Shown here piece after piece: positions 1 through 13,012 of a DNA stretch of 64,000 bases. The notes beneath the pieces are model-generated. The model saw only the letters and a list, made by a program, of their open reading frames with translations. It was not told the origin of the DNA and did no database searches. This stretch comes from Squalus acanthias (lineage: Eukaryota): the NCBI GenBank assembly GCA_030390025.1, contig CM059432.1, positions 77,626,001 through 77,690,000 of the forward strand, written 5' to 3'. Numbering within the stretch: the stretch's first letter is position 1; each line of letters starts with the position of its first letter. A program made the translations under genes and the position numbers.

Positions 1-1879
1 ACTGAAAACCATTCTAGAAATTCAGATGGCATCATTATCAGTAAGAGTGGTTTGTTCATCAGCTGAACCACATGTCTGAATGACTGACTGTAGTACACTG
101 ACAGACAGCTAGTACATTTAACATAATATGGAACATTAATTTTGGACAATGCTGGTTATTTTGATATCACAGGTTAGAGCCAAGTGATGTGGGGAAGAGT
201 TATTTTAGATGGTGATATACAGCAAAATTTACCATCCTTTCATAATATTGTCTGATCGTCTCCAGATTTTAAGGTAAGCTTTTCCTATAGATGCTGCACA
301 GCTATAAATTCTCGCCCTTCCAGCTTTTGTATAATAGCAGAAGAGTCACAGTGTAATCTGGAGGAGACACCTTTGGCCTGTGTTGTGTATCTCAGTGTAA
401 TATAGGACAACATTGCAGTAACATCAGCATGAGTTCAGAAACTTGCTTAGCTTCTGGCTATAGCAACCAATACAAAGCCCACAGCTGTAAATTCTGCAGA
501 CATCAAAGCACTAGTGAATCTACCAATGTTGTTCTAGGTATGTGAACCGTGATAGCGACTCAATTGCTTTTGCCTAATGAACTTGGCTTTCTTTAAAACC
601 CATATTTTCTGCAATACAGGCCTCTAATATCAGCCACGTTCTAGGGGATCAGACAAGGTAAAGATATGTAGCTTTGTATTTGCTCTGATGATTTTTGATA
701 ATGTACTTAACCAACATCATTCATGTATTTCTGAAGCACACTGGATGATAAGCTCAGATCAGCTACAAATACCACCGTGTAGCCTACACTTCATCTAGGC
801 TGCAAGAGATCTAATTAAAACCGATGTACCAATTTAGTCATCTCTTCATCACAGGTGGGCCTGAATTAATGGGAAAATGGAAGTAAATTACCTACATTTG
901 GCACATCCAGATTGGTGGGCTAATCCTTCAGCAGTGACGTGTGATAAACATGACAAGGTAACCTTCTTATTTTTTTCAAAAAGTAGTTCATTTTTAATTT
1001 AATTTCAATGTTACTGTGGGGCAAATCAGTAATACAGGCTAAGATCTGCAAATGCCTACATTCTCTCTCCGCAGTCTTTAATTACAGGCAATGAAACTGT
1101 CTTCAGATTTTTCATAGTAAGTTCATACATTGTCTTCTGGAGGAAGAATATATAAATCAGACCAGTTAATCCAAGTTTAGAAGATTATTTACTGTCCTAT
1201 CTTCTGATTAAACTGCAGCACTCAGAGCATCATGTTTAACAGAGCCAGCAGTTAGTCCTTCTACTCCATTCTAAGCATGCTGTTATAATCAAAATCGAGA
1301 ATGGTATATCTTGATCTTAAGATAGTTTAAATTATGTGTTTGAAAACAGTTTTCTTATTTTTTTTTAAAAACAAATTGATTCTTTTTATTTCTTAATTAG
1401 ATCCTTAGTGTTGTTGCCCCTCTGCCTCCCCTTCTCCTTAAGCCATAAGCTAATGGAATGGCTCTCTGGGGTATGATATGCCCTGTGCATTTTTAATTGT
1501 ACTAACTGGAGCCTTACATCTGAAGTGCTCTGTTCACATCAATCCAAATATATTTCCAATTAGTGGTGGCAAACTCTTGACCGTTTTCCCGAGCCCATTT
1601 ACTTGTGACTTTGGGCGATTACCAAAGTTGTTCTGCGATTTATCATTAGGAGACAAACATTCACTGTGTGGGCTCGAACCCCTGGAAGCTTTTCCATCTT
1701 GCTCAAATAAAGCATTGTTCTGCCATATTGGCAGAGAACTGGTAAAAATTCTCTGAGTGAAGGTAGTGAAGTGGAAGCAGCATTCAAGGTTGGGTTCAGA
1801 AGCTGGAGTCTATGGTATATCTTCCCAAAAGGCAACAATCTTGTTCACATCCACAAACTGTGGAGCAGTCTGAAGTTGT

Positions 1880-2060
1880 ATTAAAAATACAAAATGCAGA
1901 GCAGGTTTATCACCATCTGAATGGGAAAGACAGGATAATGTTCTGAGCGCAACCTTTCATCTGAACCAACCTATCTATACCAGACAGGTACTGGCTGACC
2001 TGCTATGCATTTCCAGCATTTCCATTTTTATTTCTGATCTCCTGCATTTGTATGACTGTA
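1880..2060. mobile_element. Degenerate Penelope-like pLTR fragments (inverted pair)
   Basis: Minus strand TTCAGATGAAAGGTTG...CAGATGGTGATAAACCTGCT and plus strand CTGACCTGCTATGCATTTCCAGCATTT resemble the younger Penelope pLTR copies at 28461-28560 and 53370-53460. Confidence 0.45.
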
Positions 2061-2662
2061 TTTTACGCTATTGCGGAATTCCAATGCATGTTTGGAAGGC
2101 CTGCCAGAAAGATATGTCCGTAACTCTGGCCAATTTTCCAGGGTCAGAGCACTTTGCATATTTTAGATTGGATTCCCATCCTCTGCTAGGAAGTGTCCCG
2201 GAGGAATGGGGAAGTCTGCAGCAGGTCAGGTAGGCCTGCCAAAGCTTTTGTGGCCTGCGATCTCTGGGCTGCCTGATAAGCTTTAAAAGAAATGTAAAGT
2301 TGAATTGGTTTTGGGCCTTGTAACTTTTAAATTGCCCTCTGCCACACACAACAATACTGGATTCCAAGAACAAACAAATGTTCCTTGCACCAAGTGTTGC
2401 TATGGTGCAAATGATGGCAGATTTATTGGAGGATATGTTTCTGTCATTTGCATATCACAATACACCTGCCCATATATGGCCAACATATTGTGTGTTGGGA
2501 GCTGTAGAATAGTGGTTATTTTACTAGACTAGTAATCCAGAGGCTAGACTAATAATCTGGAGACATGAGTTCAAATCCCACCAAAGCAGCTGGGGAATTT
2601 ATTATTAAATAAATTAATAAGTAATGGTGACCATGTAACTACTGGATAAATAAAAACCCATC

Positions 2663-2793
2663 AGTCAGGGGAGGGAAGAGAGAGAAAGAGAGGGGGGGGG
2701 AACTGTGGGACTAACTAGATTGCTCTTCGAAAGAGCCAGTGTGGAGTTGATGGGCGAAATGGCCTCCTTCTATGCTGTACTATTCTATGATTC
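2663..2793 (+). mobile_element. CR1 3'-terminal fragment inserted in the LINE 5' UTR
   Basis: GATGGGCGAAATGGCCTCCTTCTATGCTGT followed by an ATTCTATG tail; host sequence AAAACCCATC|TGGTTCACTAATG resumes after it. Confidence 0.75.
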
Positions 2794-3627
2794 TGTGGTT
2801 CACTAATGTCCTTTAGGGAAGGAAATCTGCCATCCTTGGCCTTTCCTGGCCTATATGTGACTCCAGACCCACAGCAGCGTGGTTGACTCTTAACCACCCC
2901 CAGTTGTACCAAACTGCTATGACAAACTATAATAAGAATAAAACTGGACAGACCACCCGGCATCGACCTAGGCATCCGGTCATGACAAAGTGACACCCAG
3001 CTCAGTTGACCCTGCAAAGTCCTCCTCACTAACATCTGGGGACTTGCGCCACAATTAGGAGAGCTGTCCCACAGACTCGTTAAGCAACAGCCTGACATAG
3101 TCATATTCACAGAATCATACATTTCAGCCAATATCCCAGACCCTTACATCACCATCCCTGGGTATGACCTATCCCACCGGAAGGACAGACCCACCAGAGG
3201 TGGTGGCACAGTGGTATACAGTCGGGAGGGAGTGGCCCTGGGAGTGCTCAACATTGACTCATGTCATCATGAAGTCTCATGGCATCAGGTCAAATCTTGC
3301 TGATTACAACATACCGCCCTCCCTCAGCTGATTAATCAGTACTCCTCCATGTTACACCACTTGGAAGAAGCACTGAGGGTAGCAAGGGCACAGAATTTAC
3401 TCTGGGTGATGGACCTCAATGTCCATCACCAAGAGTGGCTCGGTAGCACCAATACTGACCGAGCTGGCTGAGTACATTTTGGCCTCCTCCTGAGGTCCCC
3501 ACCATCACAGAAGCCAGTCTTCAGCCAATTCGATTCATTCCACGTGATACCAAGCAACGGCTGAGCGAACTGAATACAGCAAAGTCTTAGTGCCCGACAA
3601 CATCCCGGCTGTCGTGCTGAAGACTTG

Positions 3628-4281
3628 GGGCTGGATTTTCATTGACCCGTGGAGGTGGGTTTGGAGGCGTGTGGGGGGTTAAAATTGCAAAAACTGGCAG
3701 ACGGGCACAAGCCCACCTCCACGCAATTTTCATTAAATCATGTCTGCTGGTCCTGCCTCCGTCCTGCCTCTAAGAGGTGGGAGAGTCTGTTAAAGCCCTT
3801 AACAAGCACTAAATTGCCTCTATAATGCCATTTTGAAAGGCCTTTGTGATTTTAACCCTTTTTCTACGTGAAGCACGCCTGTTCTGAACCACGAATGTGA
3901 AACCTGGTGGGAGCACATTTGGCTGGCTGGATGGATGGATGGATGGATATATGGATGGCTATGTGGAGGAGACATATCTGGGAGTGGTGGTGTAAAAATA
4001 TCTGGGAGCAGACTTAAGACTGCTGCTGCTCATTTTGCAGGTCCTCTCACAGCAAAGGCCAGGCAGTCTTTGAAGACCTTCAATGCAGCAGCAATGATGA
4101 CATCATCAGAGGCGACTTTCAGACTGAAAACACTAATTGGTCATGGGTTCCCACATGCTGGAACTCAATTGCCCAATTAGGTGAAAATTGCATCAATCTC
4201 CCACATCCAATTGCAGTCGGGTGGATAACACGAAAAGTGGATGACACGACCCCAACCCGCCCCAGTATCAAAATCCAGCCC
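3628..4281. mobile_element. PIF/Harbinger-type MITE
   Basis: TIR GGGCTGGATTTT...AAAATCCAGCCC, 3-bp flanks TTG/ATG. Interrupts the LINE RT. Near reverse-complement copy at 30028-30716. Confidence 0.85.
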
Positions 4282-5559
4282 ATGTTCTCCAGAACTAGAC
4301 GCGCCTCTAGCCAAGCTGTTCTAGTACAGCTACAATACTGGTATCTACCTGACAATGTGGAAAACTGCCCAGGTATGTCCTGTCCAAAAAAAGCAGGACA
4401 AATCCAACCCGGCCAATTACCGCCCCAACAGTCTACTCTCAATCATCAGCAAAGTGATGGAAGGGGTCGTTGACAGTGCTATCAAGCAGCACTTACTCAC
4501 CAATAACTTGCTCACCGATGCTCAGTTTGGGTTCCACCAGGACCACTCAGCTCCAGACCTCATTACAGCCTAGGTCCAAACCTGGCCCAAAGAGCTGAAT
4601 TCCAGAGGTGAGGTGAGAGTGACTGCCCATCATCAACATCCTGGTGGTCACCATTGACCAGAAACTTAACTGGACCAGCCACAAAAATACTGTGGCTACA
4701 AGAGCAGGTCAGAAGCTGGATATCCTGCGGCGTGTGACTCACCTCCTGACTCCCCAAAGCCTTTCCATCATCTACTAGGCACAAGTCAGGGGTGTGATGG
4801 AATACTCTCCACTTGCCTGGATGAGTGCAGCTCCAACAACACTCAAGAAGCTTGACACCATCCAGGACAAAGCATCCCGTTTGAATGGCACCCCATCCAC
4901 CACCTTAAGCATTCACTTCCTCCACCACCAGCGCACAGTGGCTGCAGTGTGTACCATCTACAAGATGCACTGCAGCAACTCACCAAGGCTTCTTTGGCAG
5001 CACCTCCCAAAGCCACAACCTATATCACCTAGAAGGACAAGGGCAGCAGGCACATGGTAACACCACCACCTCCAAGTTCCCCTCCAAGTCACACACCATC
5101 CTGACTTGGAAATATATCACCGTTCCTTCATCATTGCTGGGTCAAAATCCTGAAACTCCCTCCCTAACAGCACTGTGGGAGTACCTTCAACACATGGACT
5201 GCAGCGGTTCAAGAAGGTGGCTCAACACCACCTTCTCAAGGGCAATTAGGGATGGGCAATAAATGCTGGCCTTGCCAGCGATGCCCACATCACGTGAACG
5301 AATTTAAAAAAAACATACAGGACACCTAATGCAAATTTCCCTCTGCCACAACAATGTGCCTAAACCTTCAACTTCAGATGAACACCACTATTGCTCTATT
5401 CTTAGGTACTCGATTTCCCACACCAACCAAGTTGTAGCGTCCTCTGGTGAAACTGCCAATTTAATACAAATTTGTCGCTGTTTTGTGCTGTAGACTCACA
5501 CCTACTTTGAATTGCATTGAGATCAAAATCATTTCACTTAAAACCCTTGCACCCAACGA

Positions 5560-6252
5560 AGAGAGAAAATGATTATTTTTCTAAATGGTGAGGAGCAAAG
5601 GGAATTGGGTGTTGATGTACACAAATCACTTAAAAGCCAGTGGACAGGTACAAAAAGTAATCAAAAAGTCTAATGGAATGTTGGCCTTTATCTCAAGGGG
5701 ACTGGAATACAAAGGGGAGAAAGTTATGCTTCAGTTATAGAGGGACTTGGTCAAACCCCATCTGCAGTACTGCATTCAGTTCTGGGCACCACACCTCAGG
5801 AAGGATTATTGGCCTTGGAGGGGGGGCAGTGCAGATTCATCAGAATGATACTGGAGCATAAGAGTTAAATTATGAGGACCGGTTTCATAGACTTGACTAC
5901 CCTTGAGTATAGAAGTATAGAGTATAGAGGGTGATCCAATCAAGGTGTTTAAAATGATATAAGGATTTGATAGGGTAGATAAAGAGAAACTGGTGGACCC
6001 CAGACCAAGGGAGCATAATCTTAAAATCAGAGCCAGGCCACTCAGGAGTGAAATCAGGAACCACTTCTTCACGCAAAAGGTAATAGAAATCTGGAACTCT
6101 CTCCCCCAAAAGACTGTGGATGCTAGGTAAATTGAAACTTTCAAGACTGAGATCAATAGATTTTTGTTAAGAAAGGGTATCAAGGGAGATGAAACAAAGG
6201 TGGGGAAAATGGAATTGAGGTACAGATCAGCCATGATCTAATTGAATGGAAC
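5560..6252 (+). mobile_element. CR1 LINE 3' fragment (remainder at 12881-12915)
   Basis: Frameshifted CR1 RT C-terminus. The 3' UTR GATCTAATTGAATGG is split from AGGGGCTGAATGGCCTATTCCTGTTCCTATGTT by the L2 insertion. Confidence 0.8.
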
Positions 6253-9191
6253 GAATGTACTTTGGCTGCCACTCCGGACCCGAGCCGTTAATTTCTTTTT
6301 CCACTTGTTCTCCCCCTTTTCCTTTTCTCTCTATCCCTCCCTGACCACTCTCTCCTGTCATCATGCTTCCTTTCATCTCTCCTCTCTCGGATATTCTGCC
6401 CTCCCAAATCCCTACCCCAATCTTCATTACTCTTCGACCTTCCTACTCTCCTGCCGCTGTCCCAGGCTTGCTTCCTCTTAGATAAGCCTACAGCTTCCCT
6501 CTATGCTTCTCTTGGCATCTACGAAGGAACCATTGAGGCAATCATCGCTGTCTCCTTACGAGCAGCAACCCCAACTGTCCCATCCTACTCTCTCTCGCTG
6601 ACCTTCCCACCCAGCGTGCCCACTGGGGGCTAATCTTGCCAATCTCCTCCCCATCCAACTCATCCCTCCCCCCAGCGCTGACCCTGTGGACGCTGGCAAT
6701 GGGGCAGCCATCACCGACCCTCTCCACATCTCCCTCCAGAATGTCCGTTCACTTGCGAACAAGGCCCTTGCCATCCGTGAGCTTATCATGGATGATTGCA
6801 TTGACATCATGGCCCTGACAGAAGCTTGGTTGAGGGGTGATGACACCTTCCCCTAAATGAAGCCTTCCCGAATGGCTATACCTTCCACCACTTACCCCGC
6901 TCAGACCGCGGTGGTGGCGGTGTGGCTCTCATCACCAAATCACACCTTGGTCTTTCCCCCTACTCCTCCGGCACTTTCTCCTCCTTTGAGCATCTCACCT
7001 TATTCCACCCCTCTCACCTCTCATTTAAATTATTGTTCTCTACCGCCCACCCAAGTACCATAAACATTTTATTACCGAGATATCTTCACTGCTTTCCTCC
7101 CTCAGCCTCTGCACCGAGTGACTTCTCATCCTCGGTGATTTCAAACGCCATCTCTTTTCTTCATGCTCTCTCCTCTGAGTTCACTAGCCTCCTATCCTCC
7201 CTTAATCTCTCCCTCCATGTAAACTCCCCAACCCATATTCACGGCAACCCCCTCGACCTTGCCATCTCTCGTGACCTCGCTACTCCCATCGTGTCAATCG
7301 CAGATAAGGCCATCACTGACCACTTCCTCGTATTGCTCTCCACCCCCCCACCCCCCCCCTCCAACCTTACTACCTTCTGTGTCCGCCCCTGGAAAAAACT
7401 CTCTCCCAACTCTCTTACAACTGTCCATCCTTTGGCCCTCCATTCACCACGACATTTCTGCAGCTACCGATCTGCTCAACCACACCCTCACCACCACCTT
7501 TGATGCCCTAGTCCCTATTAAAACAATTACTCTCTCTCTCCCTGGCCGTTCCCCTTGGTATGGCCCTCATCTTCGCTCCCTTAAATCCAAGGGACACAGA
7601 CTTGAACGGATATGGTGGACAACTGGTTTAGCCATTCACCACCAGAGCTGGCTGGACTACATAAAGCATTATCGGGTCCTGCTCTCGTCTGCCAAAATTG
7701 CTCACTATTCCAGAATCATTCTGGAATGCAAAGATAAGCCCCGGCTTCTATTCTCCACTGCTAACCATCTTCTGAAACCCCTCTCCCCTGTCTCCTCCAC
7801 CCTCACCTCCGACAACAAGTGTGAGGAGCTCATGGACTTCTTTGTCTGTAAGATTGATATTATCTGTTCAGCTGCCTCTGCCACTTTCCTTCCTTTCCCT
7901 AGCCCATCGGGCCAAACTTCCTCTAAGGTTCCCCCCTGCCCTAGTCCTGAACTCACATCTTTCTTTCGTTTCTCTCAATCTCCCCTCATGACCTCTCCGT
8001 GCTCATCTTGTCCATGAGATCCACTTCCTGCGCCCTCGACCCTATTCCCATCAAACTGCTGACCACCCAACTTCCTTTTCTGGCTCCCATGTTAGCTGAC
8101 ATTGTTAACGGTTCTCTCTCCTCAGGTACTGTCCCCCTCTCCTTCAAATCTGCCGTCATCACCCCTCTCCTCAAAAAACCAACCCTTGACCCCACCGTCC
8201 TTGCAAACTACCACCCCATCTCCAACCTCCCTTTCCTCTCCAAAGTCCTTGAACGTGTTGTTGCCTCCCAAATCCGTGCCCATCTTTCCCGCAACTCCAC
8301 CTTTAAATCCCTCCAATCAGGTTTCCACCCCTGCCACAGTACCGAAACGGCTCTCATCAAAGTCACGAATGACATTTTTGTGACTGTGACAAAAGTAAAC
8401 TATCCCCCCTCATCCTTCTTGACTTGTCTGCAGCCTTTGACACGGTTGACCACTCCATCCTTCTCCAACGCCTCTCCACCGTCGTCCAGCTGGGTGGGAC
8501 TGCACTCGCCTAGTTCCATTCTTATCTATCTAATCGTAGCCAGAGAATCACCTGCAATGGCTTCTCTTCCCATTCCCGCACATTACCTCTGGTGTACCCC
8601 AAAGATCTATCCTTGGCCCCTCCTATTTCTCATCTACATGTTGCCCCTTGGCGGCATCATCCGAAAACACAGCGTCAGTTTCCACATGCACGCTGACAAC
8701 ATCCAGCTCTACCTCACCACCACTTCTCTCGACCCCTCCACGGTCTGTAAATTGTCAGACTGCTTGTTCGACATCCAGTTCTGGATGAGCAGAAATGTTC
8801 TCCATTTAAACATTGGGAAGACCGAAGCCATTGTTTTGGGTCCCTGCCACAAACTCCGTTCCCCAGCCACTGACTCCATCCCGCTCCCTAACATCTGTTT
8901 GAGGCTGAACCACACTGTTCGCAACCTTGGTGTTATATTTGACCCTGAAATGAGCTTACGACCACATATCCGCGGCATAACTAAGACCGCCTATTTCCAC
9001 CTCTGTAACATCACCCGTTTCCACCCTTGCCTCAGCTCATCCGCTGCTGAAACCCTCATCCATGCCTTTGTTACCTCTAGACTTGACTATTCCAACGCAC
9101 TCCTGGCTGGCCTCCCACATTCTACTCTACGTAAACTTGAGGTCATCCAAAACTCGGCTGCCCATGTCCTAACCCGCACCAAGTCCATTCA

Positions 9192-10170
9192 CCAGGGGTC
9201 GGTTCTAGGACCACTGCTTTTCTTGATATATATTAATGACTTGGACGTGGGTATACAGGGCACAATTTTAAAATTTGCAGATGACACAAAATTGGAAGTA
9301 TAGTGAACAGTGAGGAGGAGCGTGATAGACTGCAGGAAGACATAGACAGGCTGGCGAAATGGGCGGACACGTGGCAGATGAAATTTACGCAGAAAAGTGT
9401 GAAGTGATACATTTTGGTAGAATGAGGAAAGGACATATAAATTAAATGGTACTATCCTGAAGTGGGTGCATGAACAGAGAGACCTGGGGGTATGTGTGCA
9501 CAAATCGTTGAAGGTGGCAGGGCAGGTTGAGAAAGCAGTTAAAAAGGCTTACGGGATCCTGGGCTTCATAAATAGAGGCATAGAGTACAAAAATGTGGAA
9601 ATTATGATGTACCTGTATAAAACACTGGTTCGGCCCCAACTGGAGTATTGTGTCCAATTCTGGGCACCACACTTTAGGAAGGACGTGAAGGCCTTAGACA
9701 GGGTGCAGAAAAGATTTATGAGAATGATTCCAGGAATGAGGTACTTCAGTTATGTTGTTAGACTGGAGATGCTGGGGTTGTTCTCCTTGGAGCAGAGAAG
9801 ATTGAGAGGAGATTTGATAGAGGTGTTCAAAATCATGAGGGGTCTGGACAGAGTAGATAGAGGGAAACTGTTCCCATTGGCAGAAGGGTCAAGAACCAGA
9901 GGACACAGATTTAAGGTGATTGGCAAAAGAACCAAAGGCGATGTAGAAAAAACTTTTTTACGCAGCGAGTGGTTAAGATCTGGAATGCACTGCCTGAAAG
10001 GGTGGTGAAGAGGGAGTTGGATAAGTATCTGAAGGAAAGAAATTTGCAGGGCTACAGGGAAAGGGCGGGGGAGCGGGACTTGCTGAAATGCTATTGCAGA
10101 GAGCCTGCAAGGGCTCGATGGGCCAAATGGCCGCCTTCCGTGCTGTAACCATTCTATTCTATTCTATTCT
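9192..10170 (+). mobile_element. 5'-truncated CR1 LINE nested in L2
   Basis: [44 protein letters not shown]; (ATTCT)n tail; ATTCACC duplicated at 9187-9193 and 10171-10177. Confidence 0.9.
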
Positions 10171-10816
10171 ATTCACCCATCACCCCTGTGCTCGCTGACC
10201 TACATTGACTCCCGGTTAAGCAATGCCTCGATTTAAAAATTGTCATCCTTGTTTTCAAATTCCTCCATGGCCTCACCCCCCCACGCCCCCCACCCCCACC
10301 CCCCCCATCTCTGTAATCTCGTCCAGCCCCACAACCCCCCAAGGTATCTGCGCTCCTCTAATTCTGCCCTCTTGAGCATCCCTTATTATAATTGCTCAAC
10401 CAATGGTGGCCGTGCCTTCTGTTGCCTAGGCCCTAAGCTCTGGAATTCCCTGCCTAAACCTCTCCACCTCGCTACCTCTCTTTCTCCTTTAAGATGCTCC
10501 TCAAAACCTACCTCTTTGACCAAGCATTTGGCTACCTGCCCTAATTTCTCCTTATGTGGCTCGGTGTCAATTCTTTTGTCTTATAATACTCCTGTGAAGT
10601 GCCTTGGGACATTTTACTATGTTAAAGGCGCTATATAAATGGATCTTTTTCAGGTTAGCAAGCTGTAACTAGTGGGGTGCCGCAAGGATCAGTGTTGCGG
10701 CCTCAGCTATTTACAATCTATATTAATGACCTAGATGAAGTTACCGAGTGTAATGTATCCAAGTTTGCTGATGATACAAAGCTAGGTGGGACAGTAAGCT
10801 GTGAGGAGAACACAAA

Positions 10817-11971
10817 GGGCTGGATTTTGCCAATGGGGAGTTTTTGGAGGCGGGACTCCCACTTGTCGGGTTTTAGTCCCACCTCCATGGCCAACCCACA
10901 CTATTTTCCCTTGATTGACCTTGTTAAACCCGCCCAGAGGGCTTAGCAGGCCAATTAAGGGAAAGCCGGTTACAGAGAACATCAGCGTATGACAGATGAA
11001 TTGTCGTCGTTTGACAGCTCTGTGAAGCTGTCAAACACTGACATTCTATGTTGTTTGATGAGTTCTTGTATTCAAGACTCATCAAACCTCTTTTGTGAGC
11101 AGAAATTAGATTGTTGTTGCATTGGAGAATGCAGCAGCCATCTGTCATCTTTGCCAGTCAGATGTGACACTCTCCGCATCCCCAACATTTGAAGCCTGCA
11201 GGAAGAAACAAAGTTAAGTAAACATTTTCTATCACTTTCCACTCACCTCACATACTTACCTCTCCACACTTGCACCCATCACTTACCTCACAGCGCACTT
11301 TTGCACCCCTCCGACCCCCGCAGACCCACTGCTCGCCTCGGTGACCCTGGCGGGGTTCGCAGCCTTCGGGAAGTCCACACTTGTGTGGGTAAACTGAGGA
11401 TAATCCTCTAATCTGTCTGTTAACTACCGGTTAACAGGCAGTTAAGTGGCTGTAATCCCCTTCCCGCCTCCAGGAGACGGGACCCAGCGCGGGTCGGCTA
11501 CCCACCTCCTGGCAAGATGGGGGGACGTTTAATATAGCGCCTTTAACATAGTAAAATGTCCCAAGGCACTTCACAGGAGTATTATAAGACAAAAGAATTG
11601 ACACCGAGCCACATAAGGAGAAATTAGGGCAGGTAGCCAAAAGCTCGGTCAAAGAGGTAGGGTTTGAGGAGCATCTTAAAGGAGGAAAGAGAGGTAGCGA
11701 GGTGGAGAGATTTAGGCAGGGAATTCCAGAGCTTAGGGCCTAGGCAACAGAAGGCACGGCCACCATTGGTTGAGTGATTATAATAAGGGATGCTCAAGAG
11801 GGCAGAATTAGAGGAGCGCAGATACCTTGGGGGGTTGTGGGGCTGGGTGGGCTTAACAAGGTCAATCAGGGGAAAATCCCGCTGGTTGGCCAGAAGCTGA
11901 TGGAGGCAGGATTGAAAGCCGGCAAGCAGCAGTTCCGCCTCCAAAAGCTTCCCATTGACAAAATCAGGCCC
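10817..11971. mobile_element. PIF/Harbinger-type MITE
   Basis: TIRs GGGCTGGATTTTGCCAATGGG / CCCATTGACAAAATCAGGCCC, TSD AAA. Removing it rejoins the CR1 RT frame. Confidence 0.9.
11530..11845 (-). repeat. Inverted copy of the neighbouring L2 segment 10324-10636 inside the MITE
   Basis: Reverse complement is nearly identical to 10324-10636, including variants absent from the L2 copy at 31860-32300; no (TTG)n tail. Confidence 0.85.
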
Positions 11972-12975
11972 AAAGAGTCTGCAAATGGATATAGATGGAC
12001 TAAGTGAGTGGGCAGTAAGGTGGCAGATGGAGTATAATGTAGGGAAATGTGAGGTGTTTCACTTTGGTAGGAAGAATAGAAAAACAGAATATTTTTTAAA
12101 TGGTGAGAAACTTTCAAATGTTGGTGTTCAGAGAGATTTGGGTGTCCTCATGCAAGAAACACAGAAAGCTAGCATGCAGGTACAGCAAGCAATAAGGAAG
12201 GCAAATGGCATGTTGGCCTTTATTGCAAGGGGGTTGGAGTATAAGAGTAAGGAAGTCTTGCTACAATTGTACAGGGCCTTGGTGAGACCACACCTGGAGT
12301 ACTGTGCACAGTTTTGGTCTCCTTATCTAAGGAAGGATATACTTGCCTTGGAGGCAGTGCAACGAAGGTTCACTAGATTGATTTCTGGGATGAGAGGGCT
12401 GTCCTATGATGAGACATTGTGTAGAATGGGCCTATACTCTCTGGAGTTTAGAAGAATGAGAGGTGATCTCATTGAAACATACAAGATTCTGAAGGGGATT
12501 GACAGGGTAGATGCTGTGAGGTTGTTTCCCTTGGCAGGAGTGTCTAGAACTAGGGGACATAGTCTCAGGATAAGGGGTCAGCCATTTAAGACTGAGATGA
12601 GGAGGAATTTCTTCACTCAGAAGGTTGTGAATCTTTGGAATTCTCTGCCCCAGAGGGCTGTGAATGCTGAGTCTTTGAGTATATTCAAGGCTGAGATAGA
12701 TAGATTTTTGGACTCTAGGGGAATCAAGGGATACGGAGATCGGGCGGGAAAGTAGAGTTGAGGTCGATGATCAGCCATGATCTTATTGAATGGCGGAGCA
12801 GGCTCGAGGGGCCGTATGGCCTACTCCTGCTCTTACTACTTATGTTCTTATAAATACAAGTTGTTGTTGTTGTTGTTGTTAAGGGGCTGAATGGCCTATT
12901 CCTGTTCCTATGTTAATAACAGAAAATGTTGGAAATACTCAGCAGGTCAGGCAGCATCTGTGGCGAGAGAAACAG

Positions 12976-13012
12976 TGTTAACGTTTCAGGTCGATGACCT
13001 TTCATCAGAACT
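12976..13012 (-). ncRNA. Minimal hammerhead ribozyme motif (Penelope pLTR)
   Basis: AGTT-CTGATGA-A-AGGTC(ATC)GACCT-GAAA-CG-TT-AACA. Confidence 0.7.

Larger units (their letters stand above)
2497..5313 (+). mobile_element. Internally deleted non-LTR retrotransposon with tRNA-like 5' head (APE endonuclease and RT remnants, A-rich tail)
   Basis: A/B-box-like head (TAGTGGTTATT, GAGTTCAAATCCC). EN start (KQQPDIVIFTES), RT pieces PANYRPNSLLSIISKVMEG...QFGF and MEYSPLAWMSAAPTTLKKLDTIQDK. 3' end GGCAATAAATGCTGGCCTTGCCAGCG plus A-run. Exact clade not assigned. Confidence 0.85.
10641..12848 (+). mobile_element. 5'-truncated CR1 LINE nested in the L2 3' end, itself interrupted by a MITE
   Basis: PQGSVLRPQLFTIYINDLD...KFADDTKL continues as an open RT C-terminus at 11972-12755. 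TSD TATAAAT at 10634-10640 and 12849-12855. Confidence 0.9.
6256..12880 (+). mobile_element. L2-clade LINE with near-complete frameshifted ORF2 (EN+RT), interrupted by two CR1s
   Basis: EN LQNVRSLANKA...IMALTEAW; RT NYHPISNLPFLSKVLERVV, QSGF, FHMHADNIQLY, HAFVTSRLDYSNALL; 3' end AAAGGCGCTATATAAAT(ACAAG)(TTG)n with the tail at 12850-12880. Confidence 0.9.

Noticed and set aside
1905..1935. Minus-strand splice acceptor TTTCCCATTCAG for a terminal exon
   Set aside because: It lies within a degenerate Penelope pLTR whose consensus contains this motif.
7999..9303. 434-aa ORF as a functional RT or a novel fusion protein
   Set aside because: It is a frameshifted L2 RT reading by chance into the nested CR1.
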